Positions 9,248-17,031 of a DNA stretch of 59,172 nucleotides are shown piece by piece. The DNA is from Patescibacteria group bacterium (lineage in GTDB: Bacteria; Patescibacteriota; Minisyncoccia; Minisyncoccales; RBG-13-36-15): assembly GCA_018609195.1 (NCBI GenBank), contig JAHCSE010000006.1, positions 1 to 59,172 on the forward strand, read 5' to 3'. Made by a program: the position numbers and the translations under genes. Every line of letters starts with the position of its first letter. The first letter of the stretch is position 1. The notes beneath the pieces are model-generated. The model ran no database searches, was not told the origin of the DNA, and was given only the letters and a program-made list of their open reading frames with translations.

Positions 9248-10185
9248 TTCCTCATCTGTTCTATGGCTAATTTCACTGCTCCAATTACTGGCTCTTTTCT
9301 CAGATGAATAAACTGAGCTTGGGGAGCTATTTTTTTGATTTCTTTTTTAACCTCATCTAAAAAAATTTTTGTTTTAAACATACTGCCAATTAAAACTAAA
9401 GGAAATTTTTCTTTTTGAAAATTAAGCTCGTAAATTACTGTTTTTGCATCTAAGGCCACCTCTTTCGCAGCTTCTACCATTATTTTTTTTGCCATTCTAT
9501 CTCCTCTTTGGCTTGCTTTGTCGCAAATAATTGAGAATTGAGGAATTATCATAGTTGGATTTCTCGAATAAATTTTTTTGAGGAAATCAGTTATCTTTTT
9601 TATTTTAAATTTTTTGAAGACTAATTTAGTAAGAAGAGTTTTGGGTCCTCTTTTATCTAAATCTTTTAAAATCGCCTGAAATACCTTCTGTCCTACCCAA
9701 AAAGCCGATCCTTCACCTGTCAACCAACCCCAGCCACTAGCTTTTGCTTCTTTATTTTTTCTCCAACCGTGGGAAACTGAACCTGTACCTGAAATTAACA
9801 CTATCCCCTCTTTCTCATCTGTTCCTGCTTTAAAAGCTGCTATTTGATCCGAAACGATTTCCACTTTTCCTTGAAAAATTTTAGAAATTTTTTTTTGCAC
9901 TCTGAGGAGTCTTAAAATTTCTCTCTTTTTTCCTTTATATTCTTCTTCAATAGCTGGGAGAGCAATAGTTGTGGAGAAAATTTTCCTTTTTTTATTTTCT
10001 TTCAAAAGGAGAATGATTGCCTCAGTTATATTCAAAATCGCTCTTTTTATTCCAATATTTCTGGGGTTAGACGGTCCGCTTTTACTTTTCACTAAAATTT
10101 TTCCACCAAAATCAGCCAGAGCAGCTATTGTTTTTGTTCCTCCTCCGTCTATTCCAATAACATAGCGAGAATTTTCTTTTTCCAT
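9244..10185 (-). CDS. BadF/BadG/BcrA/BcrD-type ATPase (N-acetylglucosamine kinase-like)
   Basis: YVIGIDGGGTKT and ISGTGS, the ASKHA-fold phosphate motifs. Confidence 0.75.
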   Translation of the reverse strand: MEKENSRYVIGIDGGGTKTIAALADFGGKILVKSKSGPSNPRNIGIKRAILNITEAIILLLKENKKRKIFSTTIALPAIEEEYKGKKREILRLLRVQKKISKIFQGKVEIVSDQIAAFKAGTDEKEGIVLISGTGSVSHGWRKNKEAKASGWGWLTGEGSAFWVGQKVFQAILKDLDKRGPKTLLTKLVFKKFKIKKITDFLKKIYSRNPTMIIPQFSIICDKASQRGDRMAKKIMVEAAKEVALDAKTVIYELNFQKEKFPLVLIGSMFKTKIFLDEVKKEIKKIAPQAQFIHLRKEPVIGAVKLAIEQMRK

Positions 10186-10313
10186 AAATTTTGGCTAAGA
10201 AAAATTTTAAGGCTTCTTTAACTATATCATCTCAACAAATTTAATTGAAGATAAAAACAAAGAGCCTCTACGGGAAGGGGCTTTAGTGTGAAGTAGAAGG
10301 AAAAATTATTTTA

Positions 10314-11267
10314 TTATGAATTCGTAATCCGAAGAGTTGTTTGTGCTAATTTAATTGGGTCGTGGCGAATAAATCCTTTTTTCCTTAAAAAATTTCCTTC
10401 GATTATCTTAAATTTCTCTCGCTGGAAGTCTTTTTTATTATATTTAACAAAGGTTGCGCCCTTTTTTTCATATTTAGCTATTCTGGAAGCTAAAGGTTTT
10501 TTATTGTTGAAAATTACATAATCTAAAAATTTTTTCCCAAAATATTTCTCAATTTCCTTAATAAAATCAGGTCCTGTAAAATTATTTGTCTCTCCAAATT
10601 TGGTCATTAAATTGCACACATAAACTTTTTTGGCTAAGCTTTTCTTTATTGCCTGGGGAATACCTTGAACCAAGAGGTTTGGAATAATACTTGTGTAAAG
10701 GTCACCTGGGCCAATAATAATTACATCAGCCTTTAAAATGGCAGATATTGCCCTTTTGTTGGCTCTCGCCTGAGGTTTTAAATAAACCTTTTTAATATTT
10801 AAATTAGGATCGTGTTTGGGAACATCAATATTTGCCTCCCCTTCAATAATTTGGCCATTTTCCAAGAGAGCATAAAGATTGGTATTCTTTAAAGTTACCG
10901 GAATTACCTCACCTTTAATATTTAAAATCTTTCCTGCTTCCTCAATTGCCTTTTCAAAATCTCCTTTTATTCTTTCCAAAGCGGTAATTAAAAGATTGCC
11001 AAAATTATGGCCAGATAAACCGCCCTCATTAAAACGATAATTAAACAAAGAAGCTAGTAGTTTTTCTGACTGAGCCAAAGCAACTAAGGCCCGTCTAATA
11101 TCGCCAGGGGGTAATATTCCAAATTCTTCTCGCAAAATCCTGGTCGATCCTCCGCTGTCTGCCATTGTCACTATTGCTGAGAGATCAACCGGGTATTTTT
11201 TCAAACCAGAAAGCACTGTAAAAACTCCAGTGCCTCCCCCTATAACAACAATCTTTTTGTTTTCCAT
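10314..11267 (-). CDS. yvcK: YvcK/CofD-family protein (gluconeogenesis factor-like)
   Basis: VVIGGGTG, TMADSGGST, PPGDIRRAL and IIIGPGDLYTSIIPNLLV. Confidence 0.88.
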   Translation of the reverse strand: MENKKIVVIGGGTGVFTVLSGLKKYPVDLSAIVTMADSGGSTRILREEFGILPPGDIRRALVALAQSEKLLASLFNYRFNEGGLSGHNFGNLLITALERIKGDFEKAIEEAGKILNIKGEVIPVTLKNTNLYALLENGQIIEGEANIDVPKHDPNLNIKKVYLKPQARANKRAISAILKADVIIIGPGDLYTSIIPNLLVQGIPQAIKKSLAKKVYVCNLMTKFGETNNFTGPDFIKEIEKYFGKKFLDYVIFNNKKPLASRIAKYEKKGATFVKYNKKDFQREKFKIIEGNFLRKKGFIRHDPIKLAQTTLRITNS

Positions 11268-11292
11268 GTTTCGTTTTTAATTTAGTGCAAAC

Positions 11293-13131
11293 TTATTCAA
11301 CTGTTACAGATTTGGCTAGGTTCCTTGGTTTGTCCACATCGCAACCACGCAACACTCCCATGTGATAGGCAAAAAGCTGCAATGGTATAACACTTAAAAT
11401 TGGGGTTAACATTTCAAGAGTTTTGGGAATATAAATTACATCGTCAGCCAGATCTTGAATTTTTTTATTGCCCTGGGTGGCCACCGCTATAACTGGTCCC
11501 TTCCGAGCCTTTAGTTCTTCTAAATTACTGAGGTTCTTTTCGTAAACACTATCAGAAGGGATTATAAATACTGAAGGGAATTTTGGATCGATCATAGCAA
11601 TAGGGCCATGTTTCATTTCTCCTGCAGCGAATCCCTCTGCATGAAGATAGGATATTTCTTTTAGCTTAATAGCACCTTCAAGGGCGATGGGATAATTGTA
11701 TTTTCTGCCTAGATAAGCAAAATTATTATACTTAGAATATTTCCTCGCAATGTTCTGAATCTTATCATTTGTTTTTAAAATCTCCCTCACTTTCTCTGGA
11801 ATAAGTGCTAATTCTTGAACAATTCGACGACCCGTTACCAAAGACATATCACGTTGTCGGCCAAAAAATAAGGTCAAAAGGGCTAAAACAACTAATTGGG
11901 AAGTAAAAGCTTTTGTTGAGGCTACAGCAATTTCTGGTCCAGCATGATTATATATTCCAGCATCCGCTTCGCGAGCAACCATACTCCCTACTACATTAGT
12001 AATACCTAAAGTAAGAATATTTTTTCGCTTGGCTTCACGTATTACTGCTAAAGTATCAGCTGTTTCTCCAGACTGACTGATGGCTATTACGGCCGTAGAA
12101 GAATCAAAAATAGGTTTTTTATAACGAAATTCTGAGCCATAGTCTGTTTCAACAGGAATTCCAGCATATTCCTCGAACATGTATTCCCCAACTAAAGCGG
12201 CACAGCGAGCAGTTCCACAAGCTCCAATAATAATCCTTTTGATTTCCCGTAATCTATCCTCTGCCAACTCTAAACCGCCCAACTTTGCCAAACCATCCTT
12301 TTTTACTAATCGACCGCGTAACGTATTCTCTATCGATTCTGGCTGTTCCATTATTTCTTTTAGCATAAAATGAGGGAAACCTCCTTTTTGAGCCTCAGTT
12401 AAATCCCAATCAATTTCCTCAATTAGTTTTTCTTTTCTGTTTTGTTTAAAATCGGTGATTGAAAAATTTTCAGGATTTAAAACAGCGATCTCCCCATCCT
12501 CGAGATAAATTACCTTTTTTGTTCTCCCAATAATTGCTGCAGGATCTGAAGCAATAATATATTCTTTATCTCCTAAACCAATTAAAAGAGGTGAAGAATT
12601 CCGAGCAACAACCATTTTCCCTGAATCATCTCTGGAAATAATAGCCAAACCATAAGTTCCTTTCACAAATTTTAAAGCTTTGCTTACGGCATTTTCTAAA
12701 TTGCCGTCAAAAAACTTCTCAATCAAATGAGCTAAAATCTCGGTGTCGGTATCTGATGAAAATTTATGGCCTTCCTTTTTTAACCTCTCTTTGAGAAATC
12801 TATAATTTTCAATAATACCATTGTGAACCAGGTAGATATTTTTCTGACAGTCTGAATGAGGATGGGCATTTTTCTCATTTGGCTCTCCGTGTGTTGCCCA
12901 ACGCGTATGATAAATTGAAGGATTCCCTTGTAAATTAAAATTAGTATTTTGAATTTCTTTTTCTAAAGAATCTATTCTCCCTGCTGTTTTTAAAGAAAAA
13001 ATCTCTTTTTTTTCAGGTAAAAACCAAGCTCCTCCTGCTGAATCGTACCCCCGGTATTCCAAACGCTTTAAGGCCTCAAGACCAATTTGGGGGTTATTGG
13101 ATTTGCCAATGTAACCGACAATACCACACAT
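11293..13131 (-). CDS. glmS: Glutamine--fructose-6-phosphate aminotransferase
   Basis: MCGIVGY N-terminal nucleophile, two SIS domains and C-terminal LAKSVTVE. Confidence 0.96.
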   Translation of the reverse strand: MCGIVGYIGKSNNPQIGLEALKRLEYRGYDSAGGAWFLPEKKEIFSLKTAGRIDSLEKEIQNTNFNLQGNPSIYHTRWATHGEPNEKNAHPHSDCQKNIYLVHNGIIENYRFLKERLKKEGHKFSSDTDTEILAHLIEKFFDGNLENAVSKALKFVKGTYGLAIISRDDSGKMVVARNSSPLLIGLGDKEYIIASDPAAIIGRTKKVIYLEDGEIAVLNPENFSITDFKQNRKEKLIEEIDWDLTEAQKGGFPHFMLKEIMEQPESIENTLRGRLVKKDGLAKLGGLELAEDRLREIKRIIIGACGTARCAALVGEYMFEEYAGIPVETDYGSEFRYKKPIFDSSTAVIAISQSGETADTLAVIREAKRKNILTLGITNVVGSMVAREADAGIYNHAGPEIAVASTKAFTSQLVVLALLTLFFGRQRDMSLVTGRRIVQELALIPEKVREILKTNDKIQNIARKYSKYNNFAYLGRKYNYPIALEGAIKLKEISYLHAEGFAAGEMKHGPIAMIDPKFPSVFIIPSDSVYEKNLSNLEELKARKGPVIAVATQGNKKIQDLADDVIYIPKTLEMLTPILSVIPLQLFAYHMGVLRGCDVDKPRNLAKSVTVE

Positions 13132-13310
13132 AAATCACTTTCCTATTCTACATTTAATTTTAAAAAAAGAAAAGGGGGCAGGTAATTATAAAAAACCTAA
13201 GATTAAAAAAAATGGCTTGGGTGGTAATCCCAGGCCACTTAGGTAAAGAGCTATCTTTGTGACCAATTGGTTTTTCTAAAGACCCGCCCTATTTATTTGC
13301 ACGATAGTTG

Positions 13311-13907
13311 TCAACGCAAATAGTCGCACAGTTCCTCAGCTGTCGCTACATCTCCTTGCTCTTGATACTTAATGATTCTTGCTATCTCCGCAGGAATGCG
13401 ATGATAATTATACTCGAGCGAAACAGGAAGTGTCGGACAAGGAATAAGCACTATCTTTTGATTATTTTTTTGAAGAACTTTAAGAAAAGTGAGAAATACC
13501 CGGGGCAAATGGTAAAGAGCAGATACGACAATCAGGCTTTCAATGGGATGTTCTGCAATCACGGTTGCGGCCCAATTGGCCTGGTCTAACGTATGCCTTG
13601 TTTTCTCTTGCTTGAAAATGTCTGGATGATTTTCCTCGACTTTGCAAAGGTCCGTTATCTCCTTTTTCGTAATTTCACCGAATGATTCTTTCGTCTCTTC
13701 GCTATCGCCAGTAACCAAAAGAAATTTCCCGCTTCCTTTTTTCCAAAGCTCTATCCCATGATGAACTCGCTCTTTTTCTCCCTCTCCGGTAACGATCAAA
13801 ATGCCATCAGCTTTTCTTAGGGGGATGCTAAGAATCATCATGGTCGCTGCTGCAATTTTGCTTGTCTTATCAAACGGAATCTCTCTGGAGAGTGTCCCTC
13901 CTTGCAT
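13311..13907 (-). CDS. DUF218/YdcF-like protein (higher-GC gene)
   Basis: LLVTGDSEE and SALYHLPR resemble the YdcF/ElyC fold. Start moved to the internal ATG at 13907, which has AGGAGG 6 nt upstream. Confidence 0.6.
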   Translation of the reverse strand: MQGGTLSREIPFDKTSKIAAATMMILSIPLRKADGILIVTGEGEKERVHHGIELWKKGSGKFLLVTGDSEETKESFGEITKKEITDLCKVEENHPDIFKQEKTRHTLDQANWAATVIAEHPIESLIVVSALYHLPRVFLTFLKVLQKNNQKIVLIPCPTLPVSLEYNYHRIPAEIARIIKYQEQGDVATAEELCDYLR

Positions 13908-13944
13908 TACCGTCCTCCTTTCGGTAACCAAAATGATCTCTTAT

Positions 13945-13984
13945 ATTTTACAACCTACTTGAAATAAGTCAAGCCCGAGGCAAC
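13945..13984 (-). promoter_or_regulatory. Promoter with shared box GTTGCCTCGGGCTTGACTT (-35 TTGACT, 16-nt spacer, -10 TAAAAT)
   Basis: Read on the minus strand. The same 19-nt box occurs at 14972-14990, 15695-15713 and 22117-22135. Confidence 0.6.
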
Positions 13985-14060
13985 CTTGTCCGCCGACTTG
14001 TCCGCCAAAGCCTTAGCGTCGGCGGGAGCCTCGGCGAAGGCGGGAACTCTCGGGCAGGCT
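13985..14060. repeat. GC-rich mini-hairpin repeat tract upstream of the promoter box
   Basis: Tandem cttgtccgcc at 13985-13994 and 13997-14006, plus a ccgcc...ggcgg hairpin. This tract is the source of the spurious ORFs 13955..14179 and 13986..14237. Confidence 0.7.
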
Positions 14061-14118
14061 CCATATTTTGTATCCTTACATAAATACTCTATTATTGAGA
14101 AGCCCGGTACAAGAGAGA

Positions 14119-14170
14119 TAAAAATAAAAGAGGCCGCCAGTTCAGGAGTTAAATTTCCGAACTGGCGGCC
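14119..14170 (-). terminator. Strong intrinsic terminator of the LPxTG-like gene
   Basis: Perfect 12-bp stem GGCCGCCAGTTC/GAACTGGCGGCC (14132-14143 with 14159-14170), followed on the minus strand by TCTTTTATTTTT. Confidence 0.85.
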
Positions 14171-14190
14171 TTTATGCACTCTTAGATCAG

Positions 14191-14883
14191 TTATGGTAGC
14201 CGGCGACGCCAGACTAAGACTAGGTGCCCTGCGATAATGGTCAATAATAATCCGCCACCTAGGACAGATTTCACCAAGGGAGACGAGCTTTCCTCTTGCC
14301 TGGGCGGCTGACCACCGGTTGGTGGCAGCGCTTTAGGACCCGGTGGAACCGGTGTCGGTGTTGGCGACGGTAGAACCTGCATAGGCGGAACTAATGATAT
14401 CGGCGTTGGTGTCGGTGTTGGTGTCGGCGTAACTCTCACGCACGGAGGAAAGCTTTCGCTTTTCTCTGGATTGAGCACGGGGTCAACGTCCACGTCCACC
14501 TCCACCCTAAGTGCGTTGGCCCGGGAGTCGACGTTGGCCGTCGACAGAGGCCCGTAGTTAAACCCTAGGGTCGCGCCGCCGGGCAAGTTCACCTCGACGA
14601 CCGTAGTCGCGCCAGATACGGGTTGAAACTTAGGGTCACCACCCTGCGACGGTGGGATATGCTCGGTCAGTACGAGCGGGATGCTGTAACTAACCTTGCC
14701 GCTCGTTACGTTCTGGACCGTAATCAGGCCAGACACGTCACCGTCCGCGTCGCAGTTCGCGGCGATTATGGTCACCCGAACCGGGGCCGAGGGCGCCGCA
14801 TCACCCTTACTGATCTGAAAAGTGCTGATTACTGTTAGTAGTAGAACTACCAACAGCGAACCGACAAAAATCCTTCTCCTCAA
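14191..14883 (-). CDS. Secreted Pro/Thr-rich surface protein with a possible C-terminal LPxTG-type anchor
   Basis: TTG start with AAGGAGGTG upstream. Signal peptide MRRRIFVGSLLVVLLLTVIS, TPTPTPTPTP linker, then LPPTGG, a hydrophobic stretch and WRRRLP. GC is far above its neighbours. Confidence 0.65.
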   Translation of the reverse strand: MRRRIFVGSLLVVLLLTVISTFQISKGDAAPSAPVRVTIIAANCDADGDVSGLITVQNVTSGKVSYSIPLVLTEHIPPSQGGDPKFQPVSGATTVVEVNLPGGATLGFNYGPLSTANVDSRANALRVEVDVDVDPVLNPEKSESFPPCVRVTPTPTPTPTPISLVPPMQVLPSPTPTPVPPGPKALPPTGGQPPRQEESSSPLVKSVLGGGLLLTIIAGHLVLVWRRRLP

Positions 14884-14917
14884 AATACACCTCCTTGTGT
14901 TAGAGGAGCTTGCTTAA

Positions 14918-14945
14918 CCGAGTGGCTAGCTTTAATGCCACTCGG
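14918..14945 (-). promoter_or_regulatory. 5'-UTR hairpin of the LPxTG-like gene
   Basis: Perfect 9-bp stem CCGAGTGGC/GCCACTCGG with a 10-nt loop, lying between the -10 element and the SD. Confidence 0.5.
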
Positions 14946-14951
14946 TCGGAT

Positions 14952-14990
14952 ATTATAACACTCCATTAAAAAAGTCAAGCCCGAGGCAAC
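14952..14990 (-). promoter_or_regulatory. Promoter with shared box (-35 TTGACT, extended -10 TGTTATAAT)
   Basis: Minus strand reads GTTGCCTCGGGCTTGACTTTTTTAATGGAGTGTTATAAT. The palindrome CGAGGCA-GGT-TGCCTCG overlaps the upstream edge. Confidence 0.65.
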
Positions 14991-15075
14991 CTGCCTCGCC
15001 GGCCCGCTTCGCCGAAGCTTCAGCCCGCTTCGACAAGTCGAAGACGAGGCGAGCGAGGCGAGCAAGGCGGGCAAC
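14991..15075. repeat. GC-rich mini-hairpin repeat tract
   Basis: gcccgcttcg occurs twice, with palindromes cttcgccgaag and cttcgacaagtcgaag and a gaggcgagc repeat. Source of spurious ORFs 14880..15074 and 14953..15141. Confidence 0.7.
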
Positions 15076-15083
15076 TTCCTTTG

Positions 15084-15120
15084 TAAACAAAAAGGCGGCT
15101 TGACTTGCGTCGCACCGCTT
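15084..15120 (-). terminator. Possible terminator downstream of the 15128 gene
   Basis: 6-bp stem (15093-15098 with 15115-15120) enclosing a mini-hairpin, followed on the minus strand by TTTTTGTTT. Confidence 0.4.
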
Positions 15121-15127
15121 TGGGAAG

Positions 15128-15616
15128 TTAGTCCAATCCACTTATGTCTCGAAGGCTCAGGATTGCTACCTGGAAGACCTCATAAGACATGAAAGTCTGA
15201 CGTGGCGAAAGTAATCTTACTTCTTTCTCCTGAAGTTCAATTCCTATGAAATCTATTTCTTGTCCTGGTATCAAGTAATCTTCTACTTCATCACTGCCCC
15301 TGAGCGGGCGTAGCACTTCAGAAGCGACCCCTCCGAATTGATAAATTATTCGTCCGTAGTTATAGAACCCACCCTTGGGTACTGTAATCCTTGGCATCAG
15401 CTGGTGTTTTCCTATAAATCTTTTTAATACAGACTCATCGGTTGGATTATCTACTTTAGGAAGAATTAAATATAGTATTCCCTTTTCCAGCGAATCAACA
15501 GGACCCTTTTGAGTTGTCTCATCAAGAAATATTTTCGCATCTGACGGCCCTCTATAATAGAGGGTCCAACCCTTTTCTGTAATAGCTTGGAAGATTGCTT
15601 GAGCAGTTTGATTCAC
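15128..15616 (-). CDS. Hypothetical protein (higher-GC)
   Basis: ORF with AGGAGG 8 nt upstream of the in-frame GTG at 15616. The listed start at 15625 lies inside the SD. No family recognised. Confidence 0.55.
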   Translation of the reverse strand: MNQTAQAIFQAITEKGWTLYYRGPSDAKIFLDETTQKGPVDSLEKGILYLILPKVDNPTDESVLKRFIGKHQLMPRITVPKGGFYNYGRIIYQFGGVASEVLRPLRGSDEVEDYLIPGQEIDFIGIELQEKEVRLLSPRQTFMSYEVFQVAILSLRDISGLD

Positions 15617-15673
15617 AACCAGCACCTCCTTTTTTGGCTTCTAGTAAAAGAGCTTTCCCTCCTACTGTAAAAG

Positions 15674-15713
15674 ATTCTAATACCTTTAAATAATAAGTCA
15701 AGCCCGAGGCAAC
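15674..15713 (-). promoter_or_regulatory. Promoter with shared box (-35 TTGACT, 16-nt spacer, -10 TAGAAT)
   Basis: Minus strand reads GTTGCCTCGGGCTTGACTTATTATTTAAAGGTATTAGAAT. The same CGAGGCA-GGT-TGCCTCG palindrome as at 14990 sits upstream. Confidence 0.6.
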
Positions 15714-15787
15714 CTGCCTCGCCGGCAAGGCGGGCAACTTTCGGGCAAGTTAGCTCCGTCTACGAGACGAAGCGAAGCCCCGCTGTG

Positions 15788-15847
15788 CCCCGTAGTGAAC
15801 GTTGTTCTACTACTACTGGGGTATACAGCTTCGCTGTTGTACTGGGG
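15788..15847. repeat. Degenerate CCCCGTAG-type hairpin plus an adjacent hairpin
   Basis: ccccgtagtgaacgttgttctactactactgggg, then ggggtatacagcttcgctgttgtactgggg. The left arm matches the 24805 copy and the right arm is decayed. Confidence 0.4.
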
Positions 15848-15861
15848 TTAGAACCCTGTTT

Positions 15862-15898
15862 TTAAAAACAAAAAGGCCTCTTAGCGTGAGCCAGAGGC
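15862..15898 (-). terminator. Intrinsic terminator of the small membrane-protein gene
   Basis: Stem GCCTCT/AGAGGC (15876-15881 with 15893-15898), followed on the minus strand by CTTTTTGTTTTT. Confidence 0.65.
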
Positions 15899-15930
15899 TA
15901 AAGAGAAAGAACTAAGCTATAAGGAGGTGT

Positions 15931-16152
15931 TTATTTTGCTCGAGGGCGAGAAGCCGTTCTGCGAGTTACCAATAACATAGTTGCAACCAAAACAAGAAAA
16001 ACAGCTATGCCTATTCCAGCTATGACAAATTGTCCAAAAAAAAGTTCAACTAACACTACTCCTATAAGTAGAAGACTGACTTGGGATAGCGCCCATGTAA
16101 AACGCTTTGAGTGGTTATCAATCCATTGCAAGATAGCCTTCAATGGATTCAT
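15931..16152 (-). CDS. Small membrane protein (two predicted TM helices)
   Basis: GGGAGG 6 nt upstream of the ATG, two hydrophobic helices, basic C-terminus, and its own terminator. Confidence 0.5.
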   Translation of the reverse strand: MNPLKAILQWIDNHSKRFTWALSQVSLLLIGVVLVELFFGQFVIAGIGIAVFLVLVATMLLVTRRTASRPRAK

Positions 16153-16330
16153 TTCAACCTCCCTTCGGAAATGAAAGGTGCTATTTGATACTTAACCTTA
16201 TTACATCCTTAGTTTTTTGTCAAACAAAAAACCGCCTTCTTGGCGATTGAGATCAGAAGCCCCCGCCTTACACGAAATTTTGATTTTCTAGCTGTATTCT
16301 AACATCATCAAAACTGGCTAAAGTAAGCAT

Positions 16331-16359
16331 TTGACTTCCTCATACAAGTTTCTTATAAT
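16331..16359 (+). promoter_or_regulatory. Consensus sigma70-type promoter of the toxin-antitoxin operon
   Basis: TTGACT, 17-nt spacer, TATAAT. Confidence 0.75.
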
Positions 16360-16396
16360 AAACCCAGTCTATAAGAAAAAGATATGGAGTTCTAAC

Positions 16397-16642
16397 ATGG
16401 CTCAAAAAACACAAACTAAAACTAAAGCAGGCATGAGCACTGTATCTTCCAAAACACTCAAGGCTATCCTTGAAGAGCTTCGTTTATTGAGAAATGAAGT
16501 TATGCTTCTTTTGCCTCAAGAAGAATTAAAAGAATATGCTCATCCTGATCGTATTCGACGCTCTTACCAAAAAGCGGTTAAAAAACATTCTCCTGTTCAT
16601 TATGGAAATAATCAAAACAAACGATTTCGACCGCGTATTTAA
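16397..16642 (+). CDS. Putative antitoxin of the RelE/ParE-type module
   Basis: Small ORF directly upstream of and overlapping the toxin. Start moved to ATG 16397 (GGAG 7 nt upstream), downstream of the promoter. Confidence 0.55.
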   Translation: MAQKTQTKTKAGMSTVSSKTLKAILEELRLLRNEVMLLLPQEELKEYAHPDRIRRSYQKAVKKHSPVHYGNNQNKRFRPRI

Positions 16643-16859
16643 GAAGTTACCTAAAGAAATCCAGCGTCTTTGTTCTATTCAAGAAAAACGGTTTAGAAAA
16701 AATTGGCGCGATCCCCGGCTCCGCATTAAGAAAGTGCGCACCCTCCTTTATGTCCTCTCGTTTCGTATCACCCGTCGCTATCGGGTATTTTTTTATTTTC
16801 AAAATGCAGAAAGAGCAATTTTCTTTGAAATTGATCACCGTAAAGATATTTATAAATAA
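16602..16859 (+). CDS. RelE/ParE-superfamily toxin
   Basis: 85 aa, MEIIKTNDFDRVFKKLPKEIQ...SFRITRRYRVFFYF...IFFEIDHRKDIYK, the typical RelE/ParE pattern. Confidence 0.75.
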   Translation: MEIIKTNDFDRVFKKLPKEIQRLCSIQEKRFRKNWRDPRLRIKKVRTLLYVLSFRITRRYRVFFYFQNAERAIFFEIDHRKDIYK

Positions 16860-16929
16860 AATTTTCAAGTTTTTTGCCCTCCCAAAACTTCAGCGAAAGA
16901 GGAAACTCTCGGACAAAAAAATAAAAACT

Positions 16930-16954
16930 GCCCAGTGATGGGCTTTTTGTTTTA
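16930..16954. terminator. Bidirectional hairpin terminator between the TA operon and leuS
   Basis: GCCCA-gtga-TGGGC followed by TTTTTGTTTT. An A-rich run on the other side serves the minus strand. Confidence 0.55.
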
Positions 16955-16962
16955 ATTTTTTT

Positions 16963-17011
16963 TAGGGTACACTATGATGTACCCTATAGTGTATTTTATG
17001 GGGTACACTAT
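16963..17011. repeat. Two adjacent hairpins sharing the core TACACTA(T), with alternative pairing possible
   Basis: TAGGGTAC/GTACCCTA (16963-16986) and TAGTGTA/TACACTA (16987-17010). GGGTACACTAT is repeated at 16965 and 17001. Confidence 0.5.
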
Positions 17012-17031
17012 TTTCTCCGCCCGTGGAAATT

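Noticed and set aside
531-12373. Short antisense ORFs inside topA, the PAP2 gene, folD, glyA, the MFS gene, the BadF-type gene and glmS (for example 531..779, 3266..3571, 4272..4475, 4886..5089, 6541..6768, 9971..10165, 12179..12373).
   Set aside because: Each lies wholly within, and opposite to, a long ORF with clear family motifs. These are typical shadow ORFs of AT-rich coding DNA.
13132-13310. A possible glmS ribozyme in the glmS 5' region.
   Set aside because: The minus-strand leader is AT-rich. None of the conserved ribozyme core sequences I know is present, and the only hairpin there looks like the terminator of the upstream gene.
13955-14237. ORFs 13955..14179 (-) and 13986..14237 (+), with peptides such as FAEAPADAKALADKSADKVASGLTYFK.
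   Set aside because: They are read-through translations of the GC-rich hairpin repeats, the promoter box and the 12-bp-stem terminator. They lack an SD and are mirror images of each other.
14880-15141. ORFs 14880..15074 and 14953..15141 (-).
   Set aside because: They cover the promoter box, the 5'-UTR hairpin and a GC-rich repeat tract. The ASGLTF/ASGLTY peptide recurs only because the promoter box is being translated.
15552-15737. ORF 15552..15737 (-).
   Set aside because: It spans the promoter box and SD of the 15128 gene, out of frame with the better ORF.
15917-15980. A plus-strand AAGGAGGTGTTTATTTTG motif, nearly identical to the SD and TTG start context of the LPxTG-like gene.
   Set aside because: The plus-strand frame runs for only 14 codons and overlaps the 3' end of the better-supported minus-strand membrane-protein ORF. 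It is probably a chance match or a remnant.
16331-16396. The listed start of the antitoxin ORF at 16331.
   Set aside because: That codon lies inside the -35 element of the consensus promoter. The ATG at 16397 follows the predicted transcription start and has a GGAG SD.
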